A stretch of DNA of 64,000 nt from Candidatus Falkowbacteria bacterium. Lineage in GTDB: Bacteria > Patescibacteriota > Patescibacteriia > CAIXNZ01. Of this stretch, positions 10,404-19,688 are shown piece after piece (the stretch's first letter is position 1; each line of letters starts with the position of its first letter). The position numbers and the translations under genes were made by a program. The stretch lies in contig JAFGMD010000021.1 of assembly GCA_016927685.1 (NCBI GenBank), forward strand, positions 21,913-85,912, read 5' to 3'. Below the pieces are notes generated by a model. It had not been told where the DNA came from, made no database searches, and worked only from the letters and a program-made list of their open reading frames with translations.

Positions 10404-11114
10404 TTAAATATTTAATATAATATTTCCGCTATTATTTACAAATTCTTTTTGATTTAAGCCAGTCTTTAACCTAATATCTTTTACGACTTCATTTATTTTA
10501 TTGGTTATGGTTATTTCTCGTATTGATTTTTTTCTTATTGTTTCATCTCCCAAAGCTGATAATATTTTTCGAGGGTCAACGCCATTATCAACGCCATTAA
10601 GATTTAATACTTTAATAACATCTTCTCTTAAAATCTTCCTCCCCCTATTTTCAAAAGCCAAATCAAAAAGTTTTTTATATTTACCGCTATCTTTAAGCCG
10701 TTTAAATTTTTCGCCCCTCAATTCACCGTCTCCAGTTTCAGGATTATATTTAAAAATTCCATCTTGTCTTATATCTATTTTCTGAAATATAATTTGATAT
10801 TGTTTATAAACCTCATCAAATTTTGGCTGTAAAATATCTACTAAAACCGAAATAGATGTGGGCACTATCCCTAACCAATCCCATTCATACTCATTTAAAG
10901 GTGAAGGTAAATATTTTTCCTTGATTATATTTATAGCACTTTCATTATTTAATAATATCAGGGCTTTTTTCTGTTCTATTTTCGTTGGTATTGTTTTGGT
11001 AGGATTTTGAAATCTAAAATTAAGATACTCATCTTTAGGCGTGGTTAAAAATTCAGCCTTCAATTCTTGTAAAGTCCACCATACAGCTTTATTAAGTTTT
11101 TCTTCTGTTGTCAT
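10404..11114 (-). CDS. Hypothetical protein, possible C-terminal winged-helix regulator
   Basis: 236-aa ORF; C-terminal KINEVVKDIRLKTGL resembles OmpR-type wHTH end. Confidence 0.6.
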   Translation of the reverse strand: MTTEEKLNKAVWWTLQELKAEFLTTPKDEYLNFRFQNPTKTIPTKIEQKKALILLNNESAINIIKEKYLPSPLNEYEWDWLGIVPTSISVLVDILQPKFDEVYKQYQIIFQKIDIRQDGIFKYNPETGDGELRGEKFKRLKDSGKYKKLFDLAFENRGRKILREDVIKVLNLNGVDNGVDPRKILSALGDETIRKKSIREITITNKINEVVKDIRLKTGLNQKEFVNNSGNIILNI

Positions 11115-11227
11115 AGTAATTTAGGCTAATTTTCATAGTAATATATCTATATTTTAGCTTATTTTGATTACTTTTTCAAGATTTCAAAAGCCCTTTTAAA
11201 ATTTATCGTGTTTTGATACAATATAAG

Positions 11228-11367
11228 TGTTCACCCATAACGAAATAACCTAAAGGGAAGCTGTCCATTCATTAGCCAATTATGGCTGGAAATGGGCAGT
11301 CGAGTTCCATAATTGGCTCTCCCTTTGGGTGAACCGTTATGGGTGAACAGCTCGGCTGTCCTTTTTT
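11228..11367 (+). ncRNA. Structured leader RNA/attenuator (c4/CI-like topology)
   Basis: 15-bp perfect IR 11228-11242/11335-11349, 12-bp IR 11274-11285/11307-11318, alternative 11294-11304/11351-11361 pairing then T-run. Confidence 0.65.
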
Positions 11368-11411
11368 ATTTAACTTAAATATAAAATTAAATCTTAATCT
11401 TAATCATTTTT

Positions 11412-11999
11412 ATGGAAAACGAATTAAAAAACAACTCAAAAAGTAAAAAACCGATTTATAAAAAATGGTGGTTCTGGGTGATTATTTTCTTTTTTGTAAT
11501 GGGCATAAAGGGATTTATCGGAAATTCCATCATAACTACAGATAATACAAATAATCCCGTTAATGCTCCAAAAGAAATTGAAAATTGGAAATATGGTGAA
11601 AATGTAGATAAAATGACATCTGAAAAAATATATTATGCATACACAACTTCGACTAATCGGATTGACTTTGATTTCCCTTACAATGGTGGCTCAAATTTTC
11701 AACTGCTAGTTAGAAATGGGGGCAAAAAAAATGAGATACTTTTAAGTGTCTCTAAGGGGCAGTTTATGACAAGCATTGGTTATTCTGATGTAAGAGTTAA
11801 ATTTGATGACAATAAACCAATTGTTATAAATTATAGTTCTCCTTCAGATGGAAGTTATGATACTATATTTCTTAAGCAATCAGATACTTTAATATCTGAA
11901 TTAAAAAAGAGTAAGAAGGTCATTGTTGAAGCCGAATTTTTTGATGAAGGCAACCAACTAATAGAATTTAATGTAGAGGGTTTTAAATGGGATAAATAG
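11412..11999 (+). CDS. Membrane-anchored exported protein (mobile-element cargo)
   Basis: KKPIYKKWWFW anchor followed by soluble domain. Confidence 0.8.
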   Translation: MENELKNNSKSKKPIYKKWWFWVIIFFFVMGIKGFIGNSIITTDNTNNPVNAPKEIENWKYGENVDKMTSEKIYYAYTTSTNRIDFDFPYNGGSNFQLLVRNGGKKNEILLSVSKGQFMTSIGYSDVRVKFDDNKPIVINYSSPSDGSYDTIFLKQSDTLISELKKSKKVIVEAEFFDEGNQLIEFNVEGFKWDK

Positions 12000-12071
12000 T
12001 TCTTCTTTCTCCCAAGGATAGTGAAATGGTATAAAAAAAGATGTATTTAAGATAATTAAATTAAAAAAATT

Positions 12072-12245
12072 ATGGAAGTCCTTTTTTATTGGTTGATAGT
12101 GTTGGGTATTTATTTTATACCAACCTTTCAAGCAATCAATTCACACAAGAAAAACAAAGGTGCTATTTTCGCTCTCAACTTATTGCTTGGGTGGACTATA
12201 ATTGGGTATATCGTTGCTCTTATTTGGAGTTTAACTAAGGATTAA
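12072..12245 (+). CDS. T4 Imm-like superinfection immunity protein (57 aa, not in ORF track)
   Basis: Hand translation MEVLFYWLIVLGIYFIPTFQA...IFALNLLLGWTIIGYIVALIWSLTKD shows the YFIP/NLLLGWT.IG..VALIW signature. Confidence 0.9.
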   Translation: MEVLFYWLIVLGIYFIPTFQAINSHKKNKGAIFALNLLLGWTIIGYIVALIWSLTKD

Positions 12246-12322
12246 ATTAGGTATATAAATATACTCATTTGACTGCTTAAATATAGTTCTAATGTCATTC
12301 ACGATGTGGAGCAAGTATAATA

Positions 12323-12353
12323 AAAAGCCCTGCATTTATATCGCAGGGCTTTT
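12323..12353. terminator. Intrinsic terminator (probable original tRNA terminator)
   Basis: aaaagccctgc-N-gcagggctttt, about 10 bp after the distal att core. Confidence 0.75.
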
Positions 12354-12375
12354 AAAATATACAAAAATACGTTTA

Positions 12376-12633
12376 TTACCAGCCATTAGAGCTGGTACGG
12401 GCGCAGTCACTATCAGATTCACATAGATTGGGAATTGCGCATAAAAACTCAGGTAAAAGATATTTTATACGCTCTCCTAAAGTAAATTTACGCAAGTGTT
12501 TTTGTGGTTTATCCACCCATCTTAGCAAGGGCATCCTCGTATACCTGAACCAGATGCCGTCAGCTAATACTAGTGTGCCAATGCTGATAACAATGGTTAA
12601 GATAATTATCCCAGGTAAAAAAGCGTACCACAT
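12376..12633 (-). CDS. Small membrane protein (SD-led cassette)
   Basis: AAAGGAGG SD; N-terminal hydrophobic helix. Confidence 0.65.
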   Translation of the reverse strand: MWYAFLPGIIILTIVISIGTLVLADGIWFRYTRMPLLRWVDKPQKHLRKFTLGERIKYLLPEFLCAIPNLCESDSDCARTSSNGW

Positions 12634-12825
12634 CTTTTCCTCCTTTCGCCTGTAAACAAACAGGCATTTTAAGACCTAAATTTTTTATACGAACCTATTT
12701 AAATTTTGCTCCACTTTTTCTTTTTTGTCAATATATTTTTTAAAAAGATTATGACTTGATTTATTTTAAAAATTCTGTTAAGTTTTTCTTATATTTGTTC
12801 TATCAAAATTCAAAGGAGAGAAATA

Positions 12826-14175
12826 ATGAAAAGAGCGTTTACTAAGGATCAAACCTGGCTACAATGCATGGATTGCGGCTATAGAGCTGATTTATTGAAT
12901 GAAAGATTCTTCCGCTGTCCAAAGTGTCAAGGACTTTATGACATTCATCATGATTTGAATCCACCCCTAAAAGCATTGGCTCGTGTTTATGAATTAGAAC
13001 GCCCTGATCTTACTTATAAGCGTGTATTTGATTTTAGAGCTGGGAAGGGTACTTCTTGGTCTGGTCCTGTTTTGTCTTCTGGTGTTTGGCGTTTTAAGGA
13101 ATTGATAATGCCATATTTACCGGAAAAGCACATTATTAGCCTACAAGAAGGTAATGTACCAATCGTACGTGCTGGAAAGTATTTACGGCAATGGGTTGGA
13201 GATTCAATTGATTTATACATTATTTTGGAAGGCCAATCTCCGACTGGCTCATTTAAGGACTTTGGCGGAACAGTGATGATGTCAATCGCCAAAGCGGCCG
13301 GCATTGAAGCGGTCTGCTGTGCTTCAACGGGTGATACCTCGGCCATGGCCGCTGCCTATGCTGCTGCTGCAAATATTCGTTGTGCAGTTCTTTTGCCAAA
13401 AGGCAAAGTAACACCAGCGCAATTAGTGCAGCCGCTTATTTATGGAGCACGAGTTATTACTTTACCAGGCGATTTCGATGATTGTATGCGCGTTATGCAG
13501 CATCTTGTGACTAATTACCGTATTTATCCTGCCAACAGCTTAAATCCCTCAAGAATTGAGGGGCATCAAGTAACAGTATTTCTTATCGCACAAAATTTCG
13601 AGTGGGAATTGCCTGATTGGATCGCTGTGCCAGTAGGAAATGGTAGTAATTGTTCTTCAGTGGGCAAGGGCTTGCGCCTTATGAGCCAAGTAGGATTTAA
13701 GGTTAAGACAAAAATTTTGGGATGCCAGTCCCAAGCCGCAAATCCTTTGGCATTGTCATGGAAAAATGCAATATCCATACAAGAATGGCAAAATGCTTAT
13801 AAGTCAATTAAGGTTGGCGAAACAACTGCTACTGCGGCACGAATCGGTAATCCTGTTTCTTGTAAAAAAGTCATGCGTGAAATCACGCTTTCAAACGGGG
13901 AAATGCAAACGGCTTCTGAAAAAGATCTTAATGAAGCAGTAGCGATTTGCGGTAGAGACGGATACTTTGTCTGTCCGCAAACAGGCATAGCCCTAGCTGG
14001 GGTAAAAAATGCAGTGCGGGATGGGCAGATTCAAAAAAATGAAAGAGTGGTGGTCGTATCTACAGCAACTGGCTTAAAATTTACTGACTCTGCATCTAAT
14101 AATCTGAAAAAGGAAATAATTTCAGCACCAAGTTGTAAAACTGAAACAGTGCTCAATCTCATTATGCACACTTAA
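12826..14175 (+). CDS. thrC: Threonine synthase (PLP fold type II)
   Basis: PTGSFKD, CASTGDTS, PVGNGSN, ATGLKF; N-terminal CxxC pairs. Confidence 0.9.
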   Translation: MKRAFTKDQTWLQCMDCGYRADLLNERFFRCPKCQGLYDIHHDLNPPLKALARVYELERPDLTYKRVFDFRAGKGTSWSGPVLSSGVWRFKELIMPYLPEKHIISLQEGNVPIVRAGKYLRQWVGDSIDLYIILEGQSPTGSFKDFGGTVMMSIAKAAGIEAVCCASTGDTSAMAAAYAAAANIRCAVLLPKGKVTPAQLVQPLIYGARVITLPGDFDDCMRVMQHLVTNYRIYPANSLNPSRIEGHQVTVFLIAQNFEWELPDWIAVPVGNGSNCSSVGKGLRLMSQVGFKVKTKILGCQSQAANPLALSWKNAISIQEWQNAYKSIKVGETTATAARIGNPVSCKKVMREITLSNGEMQTASEKDLNEAVAICGRDGYFVCPQTGIALAGVKNAVRDGQIQKNERVVVVSTATGLKFTDSASNNLKKEIISAPSCKTETVLNLIMHT

Positions 14176-14387
14176 ATTTTAAGAGGCAATCTAATGATTG
14201 CCTCTTTTCTATTCTTGACATTTTTATAATTATATGATAAGTTAAAAAATCAAAAAGAATTTTAAAGAGTGAAAGAGGGGAGTTGGGTGAGACGACATTC
14301 CAGATGTTCTTAATTGAACTACTGTGGGTCTGTCTCGCCCCCTTTCCCTGACTATTAGTTGTTGATGGTCAAGGAAAGGAGGCAAGA

Positions 14388-14624
14388 ATGAGCAAAAAAA
14401 ATGAAAAAAAGTGGTCACCATTAGACAATGGTACAAAGGTTAGAACAACTCGATCCAAGACAAAGAAAAAAGATTGGACTCCCGAGGCATGGAAAAGCCG
14501 AAAATGGAATGTCGAGGGCTCAATAACGGGCTACCACGATTCCCACGGCCTTTGCTACGAAGTAAAGCATGACGATGGAACACTTGGATGCTATGACCCA
14601 TCAGAACTGAAAGTCCTCGAGTAA
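14388..14624 (+). CDS. Small SH3/KOW-like hypothetical protein
   Basis: AAGGAGG SD; GTKVRT...G.I...YEV...ELK beta-barrel pattern. Confidence 0.75.
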   Translation: MSKKNEKKWSPLDNGTKVRTTRSKTKKKDWTPEAWKSRKWNVEGSITGYHDSHGLCYEVKHDDGTLGCYDPSELKVLE

Positions 14625-14734
14625 ACCACTAAAAAAATTTTACGAGCTGTTGTTGCATAAAAAATTAAATCCCGTTGTCAAAAACAGCGGGATTTTTTTA
14701 TTTATGTTATAATTAAATCAATAATAAAATCTGT

Positions 14735-15007
14735 ATGAAAAAAATAATAATATTGATAAGCATGGTTTTGATTTTGAGTAGTTGTGTGCAAGAAAAATGT
14801 GCTAAAGAAGGTGAGAGAATAAGATTTGGGGATAATACTTTACCCGCAACTTGTTGCGGAAATTTAAAAGCTCTAAATTTAAGCTATTTTCCAGAAACTT
14901 GCGAGCAGGGTATTGGTGATATTTTGGGATGCAGTAAATGTGGTGATGGAATTTGTAATCCTCAAACATTTGAAAATAAATGCAATTGTCCTGAAGATTG
15001 CCGATAA
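14735..15007 (+). CDS. Cys-rich lipoprotein
   Basis: Lipobox LSSC; CGDGIC..EN..NCPEDC motif. Confidence 0.8.
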   Translation: MKKIIILISMVLILSSCVQEKCAKEGERIRFGDNTLPATCCGNLKALNLSYFPETCEQGIGDILGCSKCGDGICNPQTFENKCNCPEDCR

Positions 15008-15063
15008 AATTTATATAAAAAAAAGAGGGTTCTATTTGAACCCTCTTTGAATTTTTATTTAGA

Positions 15064-15837
15064 TTATTGCGTAAAAGTAATGGACTCAATACATATCCAG
15101 GATGCCCAATCGCCAGATTCCAATCCAAAGCTTATGTCATCTATTGTTAGTGTGTCGCTAATGTGGATGGAAATGGAACCGTAACTAGATGAGTTGCAGT
15201 CAAACGAAAAGTTTTTCGATTGAAGACCTGCCATTACCTCAAAAACTGGTTCATCGTAACATGTGTCTGCCCTTGCTCGATAGTCAAAAGAAATTGTCAT
15301 GGTTGATGGCACAATTAAAGTTGTGTTTAAACAATCAAGAACTTCGACCCCGGTAGTTGTGATATATGAGGATCCATGAGTACTAAAACCACACCTACTC
15401 TCAGGGCAGTCAAACCACGAAGTTTTTTGAACGCACATTCCATACCCATCATATATCGTAGTCGCATAGTCAGAATCAGAATATGGAGAATCTCCAGCTT
15501 TATTAAAGCCACGAGCTCGATAATAATACGTGGTTCCTGGCTTAAGTCCTGTATCGTCATAGTCATATCCATCCCCTATGGTTGCTATTTGAGTATAATT
15601 GGTTTCATCATCCTTGCTTCGCTCAATTTTTAATCCGTCTACATATACACCCATTGGTACTAATTCAAGATGGATTACTGATATTGAAACAGTATACGCA
15701 TAAAGACTGGGCTTAGGCGGAGGAACCTTTTCCTCCTCGTCTTCGTAATCAGTTGACCAGTTGCCACATGCTAAATGAACAAATATCAAGGAACAAAATG
15801 CCAGCATGACCAGAACCATTTTAACTAAATTTTTCAT
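15064..15837 (-). CDS. Exported/lipoprotein with fibronectin type III domain
   Basis: Signal peptide ending LACG; YDDTGLKPGTTYYYRARGFNKAGDS.YS FN3 motif; GGAGG SD. Confidence 0.85.
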   Translation of the reverse strand: MKNLVKMVLVMLAFCSLIFVHLACGNWSTDYEDEEEKVPPPKPSLYAYTVSISVIHLELVPMGVYVDGLKIERSKDDETNYTQIATIGDGYDYDDTGLKPGTTYYYRARGFNKAGDSPYSDSDYATTIYDGYGMCVQKTSWFDCPESRCGFSTHGSSYITTTGVEVLDCLNTTLIVPSTMTISFDYRARADTCYDEPVFEVMAGLQSKNFSFDCNSSSYGSISIHISDTLTIDDISFGLESGDWASWICIESITFTQ

Positions 15838-16013
15838 TTTACTACCTCCCGGCCTTTGGCCATTTTTGTGATGTACCCACTCTTTAAAAAATACCCTATT
15901 ATTAAAGGACTAATATCCTAATTTAAGATTACTACTGAATAAAATATTGTCAAATTGTTTTATTATGATTTAGATATGTTATAATACAATCAAGATAAAT
16001 AATAAAAAATTAT

Positions 16014-16748
16014 ATGGACAATCAAAAACAATCATTTGGCGCATTTGTTTGGGCAGGTTTAATTTTGGGCATATGTTTTATAATAGCAGCCGGACTCGGT
16101 TCTTATGCTTTTTATACTGTTAAATCATTTGATAATGCTTTGACTGTGACTGGTTCAGCTAAAAAACAAATAACATCTGATTTGGTCAAATGGCGCTCAA
16201 CGTTTTCGCGCAATATAACGCTGGATACAATAAAAGATGGCTATGCGTTAATGAAGTTAGATAATACTGCTGTTATAGCGTTTTTTGCGAAAAATGGTAT
16301 TGAAGAAGGAGATCTGACCATTTCTCCAGTGACTATGAATCAAATTTCTTGGGATAGAAATCAGGGTCCGATTGAATATGCGCTTACGCAAAATGTAGAG
16401 ATTCAATCAACTGACGTAGAGAAAATAACGCAAATTGCCAAAAATACAGAAGATTTAATTAATGCCGGAGTAATATTTTCTACGCAAGCACTAGAATATT
16501 ATTACACCAAACTGCCTGAAGCCAGAATAGAACTTTTAAGCGAAGCAGTGCAAGATGCGCAAAATAGAGCCGCCAAGCTGGTAGAATATAGCGGCAAGAG
16601 CGTAGGCAGTCTAAAATCAGCCAGCGTAGGCGTGGTTCAGTTAATGCCGGTTAATTCTACAGATGTGTCTGACTATGGCACTTATGACACTTCCACAATT
16701 GAAAAAGAAATAATGGTAACTGTCAGAACGCAATTTGTATTGAAATAA
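16014..16748 (+). CDS. SIMPL (DUF541) domain protein
   Basis: LTVTGSA..D...W; A..RA..L; YGTYDT..IEK. Confidence 0.88.
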   Translation: MDNQKQSFGAFVWAGLILGICFIIAAGLGSYAFYTVKSFDNALTVTGSAKKQITSDLVKWRSTFSRNITLDTIKDGYALMKLDNTAVIAFFAKNGIEEGDLTISPVTMNQISWDRNQGPIEYALTQNVEIQSTDVEKITQIAKNTEDLINAGVIFSTQALEYYYTKLPEARIELLSEAVQDAQNRAAKLVEYSGKSVGSLKSASVGVVQLMPVNSTDVSDYGTYDTSTIEKEIMVTVRTQFVLK

Positions 16749-16794
16749 AATTAACATTAAAAAACACCCCCGCGTGGTGGGGGTGTTTTTATTA

Positions 16795-16974
16795 TTAGTA
16801 GCGATTTCTTTGTGGACGTCTTGCCCTGTGGCAATCTCTGCAAAGTAATTGATCCAATCTTGCTGGATCTGGTTCAAAAGGAAGCTCGGTAATATCAGCT
16901 CCGCAAGCAGAGCATTTCCAGTTACCTTGATACATCTTCCTTGGTTGAAAACCGCCTTGATTTCCAAAAGCCAT
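16795..16974 (-). CDS. CxxC-x17-CxxC-type small zinc-binding protein (59 aa, not in ORF track)
   Basis: Hand translation MAFGNQGGFQPRKMYQGNWKCSACGADITELPFEPDPARLDQLLCRDCHRARRPQRNRY; own TTGACA and terminator. Confidence 0.88.
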   Translation of the reverse strand: MAFGNQGGFQPRKMYQGNWKCSACGADITELPFEPDPARLDQLLCRDCHRARRPQRNRY

Positions 16975-17165
16975 TTTGCTTTTCGTTAATAATTAAACTC
17001 GAAACAAAACGGCACTTATGTTATAAAACGAAAAATTTTATATTTATACTGCCTAATTTGCTCGATGATAATAGTATAGTACATATTAAGGTTTTTGTCA
17101 ATAAAGCTTTGACGTAAATTATTTATTAAGCTAAAATAATAAAATAAAAATAGGAGTCATTAAAT

Positions 17166-17480
17166 ATGCAAATAAAAAAGTTCCAAAGGAAAATTGAAGA
17201 TTTTATTTGTGAAAATTGCGGAAATAAAATTAAGGGCACTGGTTACACTGACCATTGCCCAAATTGTTTATATTCCAAACATGTGGATATTAATCCTGGC
17301 GACAGAAAGTCAGTATGCCACGGTTTAATGGAACCCATTAGCGTAGAACTAAAAGGTGATCAGAAAATAATTCATTACAAATGCCTTATGTGCGGTTTTG
17401 AACATCAAGTCAAGGCATTAGAATCAGATAATAAAGAAAAATTAATTGAATTGAGCACTAATCCTATAAAAATGCTATAA
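17166..17480 (+). CDS. RNHCP domain protein
   Basis: F.CENCG..TDHCPNCLYSKHVD..PGDR. Confidence 0.9.
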   Translation: MQIKKFQRKIEDFICENCGNKIKGTGYTDHCPNCLYSKHVDINPGDRKSVCHGLMEPISVELKGDQKIIHYKCLMCGFEHQVKALESDNKEKLIELSTNPIKML

Positions 17481-17488
17481 TACAGTTA

Positions 17489-19627
17489 ATGATTAACGAA
17501 CTCTTAATTTATATTTCAGCGCTTTTGCCCAAAATCAGTCATTTGGGCTTTTTTGCATATTGGCTAGTAGCTGGCGTAACATTTTTAGAATCAATAGCTA
17601 TAATCGGAACATTTATTCCGGGCGCAATTATTATTGCTTTTTTTGGCTTTTTAGCGGGCCAAGACTATTTTGATTTCGGCGATTTAATTTGGTATGCGGC
17701 GATTGGCGCAATACTTGGTGATATTATCAGCTATTATTTTGGAAAATACGGCAAAAAAATATTTAAACCTAAAAATAGAATATTTAAAACAGAATATTTG
17801 TTAAGGGGAGAGAGGTTTTTTAAAAGGCATGGAGCAAAAAGCGTTTTTCTGGGCCGATTCTTGGCAGTTATTAGGCCAAATATTTCCTTTATCGCAGGAT
17901 TGTTTAAAATGGATGCTAAAAAATTCTATTTTTATAATATTACCAGCGCATTTTTGTGGTCTTTGCTATATTTAACAATTGGTTATTTTGTAGGCCAAAC
18001 AACTGCTTCGGTAGTAATTTGGTCAACTCGTATTGCCGTCTTTGTCTTATCAATCATTCTTTTCTTATTGCTAATAGATTTAATCAGATATTTAATAATC
18101 AAATACGGTAAGCCTTTTTATGCTTTTTGCAAATCAATAGCTATTTCAATCAAAGAAGCCATTTTTACAAATCCTGATGTTAAAAGAGCTCTTAAAAAAC
18201 ATCCTCGTTTTTTTGGGTTTTTGGGGGATAGACTTGAAATTAGAAAATTTACTGGGTTACCATTAGCATTACTATGCGTACTTTTTATATATTTTTTATC
18301 TTTATATTTTGATGTTACAAGCAGTATTTTGCGTACTACAGCAATCGTAGAAGCAGATTTGCGTATTGAAAAATTAGTTTTTGTATTTCGAGAGGGCAAT
18401 CTGATTAATTTTTTTACTTGGATTACTTTATTAGGTGAATGGCAATTTGTAATGTGCGTTATCGTGATTATATGCATTATTTTTTGGCTATATAAGAAAA
18501 AGGAATATATTCTATCATTTTTAATAACGACTGGCGGTACAGCTGTTTTTGGCGTGCTTAGTAAGGCCATTTTACATCGTCCTAGGCCGGAAATGGGTTT
18601 AATAGAAGAAACATCTTTTTCTTTTCCAAGCAATCATGCTGGCATAAGTATGGCGATTTTTGGCTATTTAATTTACTACATATGCAGAAATACTAAACCC
18701 TGGAAAACTCATCTAAATGTTTTTTTTGGCGGTTTAGTTATTATTATTGCCGTGGGTTTTAGCCGCATTTATTTGGGTGTACATTATTTAAGCGATGTTA
18801 TTGGGGGTTATTTATTGGGCTTGCTTTTTTTACTAATCGGCATAACCATAAATGAATGGTTAATACATAAAAAAATAATTAAGCGAGAGAGAATAAAGCA
18901 TAGAAAAAAAATACATTATATTTTTATCTGTTTAATTATTTTAATCGGTATAATATATTTTTGCCTTGGTATTTTTTTAAAGCCAGAAATTAGCCCAAAA
19001 ATAGAAAAAATAGAAACGCCTATAACTATATCCGGCATAATTAATATAAGTCCGATTTTTGAAAATAATAATTTGCCCAAATATTCTGAAACTTTGATTG
19101 GCACGATGCAAGAGCCGCTTCAATTTATTATTTTGGCAAAAAATGAAAATGATTTTATTAATATTTTTACCAAAGCAGGCTGGCATCTGGCAGAGGAACC
19201 CGATATATTTTCAGTTCTTAAAATTGCCAAATACGCCGCATTCAATGAGGAATATTTAACCGCTCCCATGACGCCTTCTTTTTGGGATGGTGAGGTTCAC
19301 GAGTCAGGATTTCAAAAACCCACTGAAACTAATTCTGTACGTTCTAGACATCATGTTAGATTTTGGAAAACTAATATAACTTCTGTTGATGGCAAGAAGG
19401 TTTATGTGGGCACGGCCAGTTTAGATACTAATATAAAATGGATCGTAGTGCATAAAATTGATCCAAATATTGATGCTGAGCGAGAAATAATATTTAAAAA
19501 CCTTTTGGATACCGGGCTTATTAAACAATATCAAAAAGAACAATTTGTCACGCCATTTTTGGGAGAAAATTTTGCCCGCGACCAATTTTTTACAGATGGA
19601 CAAATATACGTAATTGAACTAAAATAG
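17489..19627 (+). CDS. DedA / PAP2 phosphatase / LssY-C fusion membrane protein
   Basis: DedA FLGRF motif; RPRP, SFPSNH, SRIYLGVHYLSDV; RHHVRFW C-domain. Confidence 0.9.
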   Translation: MINELLIYISALLPKISHLGFFAYWLVAGVTFLESIAIIGTFIPGAIIIAFFGFLAGQDYFDFGDLIWYAAIGAILGDIISYYFGKYGKKIFKPKNRIFKTEYLLRGERFFKRHGAKSVFLGRFLAVIRPNISFIAGLFKMDAKKFYFYNITSAFLWSLLYLTIGYFVGQTTASVVIWSTRIAVFVLSIILFLLLIDLIRYLIIKYGKPFYAFCKSIAISIKEAIFTNPDVKRALKKHPRFFGFLGDRLEIRKFTGLPLALLCVLFIYFLSLYFDVTSSILRTTAIVEADLRIEKLVFVFREGNLINFFTWITLLGEWQFVMCVIVIICIIFWLYKKKEYILSFLITTGGTAVFGVLSKAILHRPRPEMGLIEETSFSFPSNHAGISMAIFGYLIYYICRNTKPWKTHLNVFFGGLVIIIAVGFSRIYLGVHYLSDVIGGYLLGLLFLLIGITINEWLIHKKIIKRERIKHRKKIHYIFICLIILIGIIYFCLGIFLKPEISPKIEKIETPITISGIINISPIFENNNLPKYSETLIGTMQEPLQFIILAKNENDFINIFTKAGWHLAEEPDIFSVLKIAKYAAFNEEYLTAPMTPSFWDGEVHESGFQKPTETNSVRSRHHVRFWKTNITSVDGKKVYVGTASLDTNIKWIVVHKIDPNIDAEREIIFKNLLDTGLIKQYQKEQFVTPFLGENFARDQFFTDGQIYVIELK

Positions 19628-19688
19628 GGAAAAATAAAAAACCCTCATGTTTATCAAGAGGGTTTTAAGTTTATTTCCAGCTAATATT

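Larger units (their letters stand above)
6413..12312. mobile_element. ~5.9-kb integrative element inserted at the tRNA-Asn 3' end
   Basis: Recombinase at the tRNA; GGAGC core at 6413-6417 and 12308-12312; terminator just after the distal core; phage-like small ORFs. Confidence 0.8.

Noticed and set aside
16641-16967. 108-aa minus-strand ORF
   Set aside because: Wrong frame; the real gene is the CxxC protein at 16795-16974
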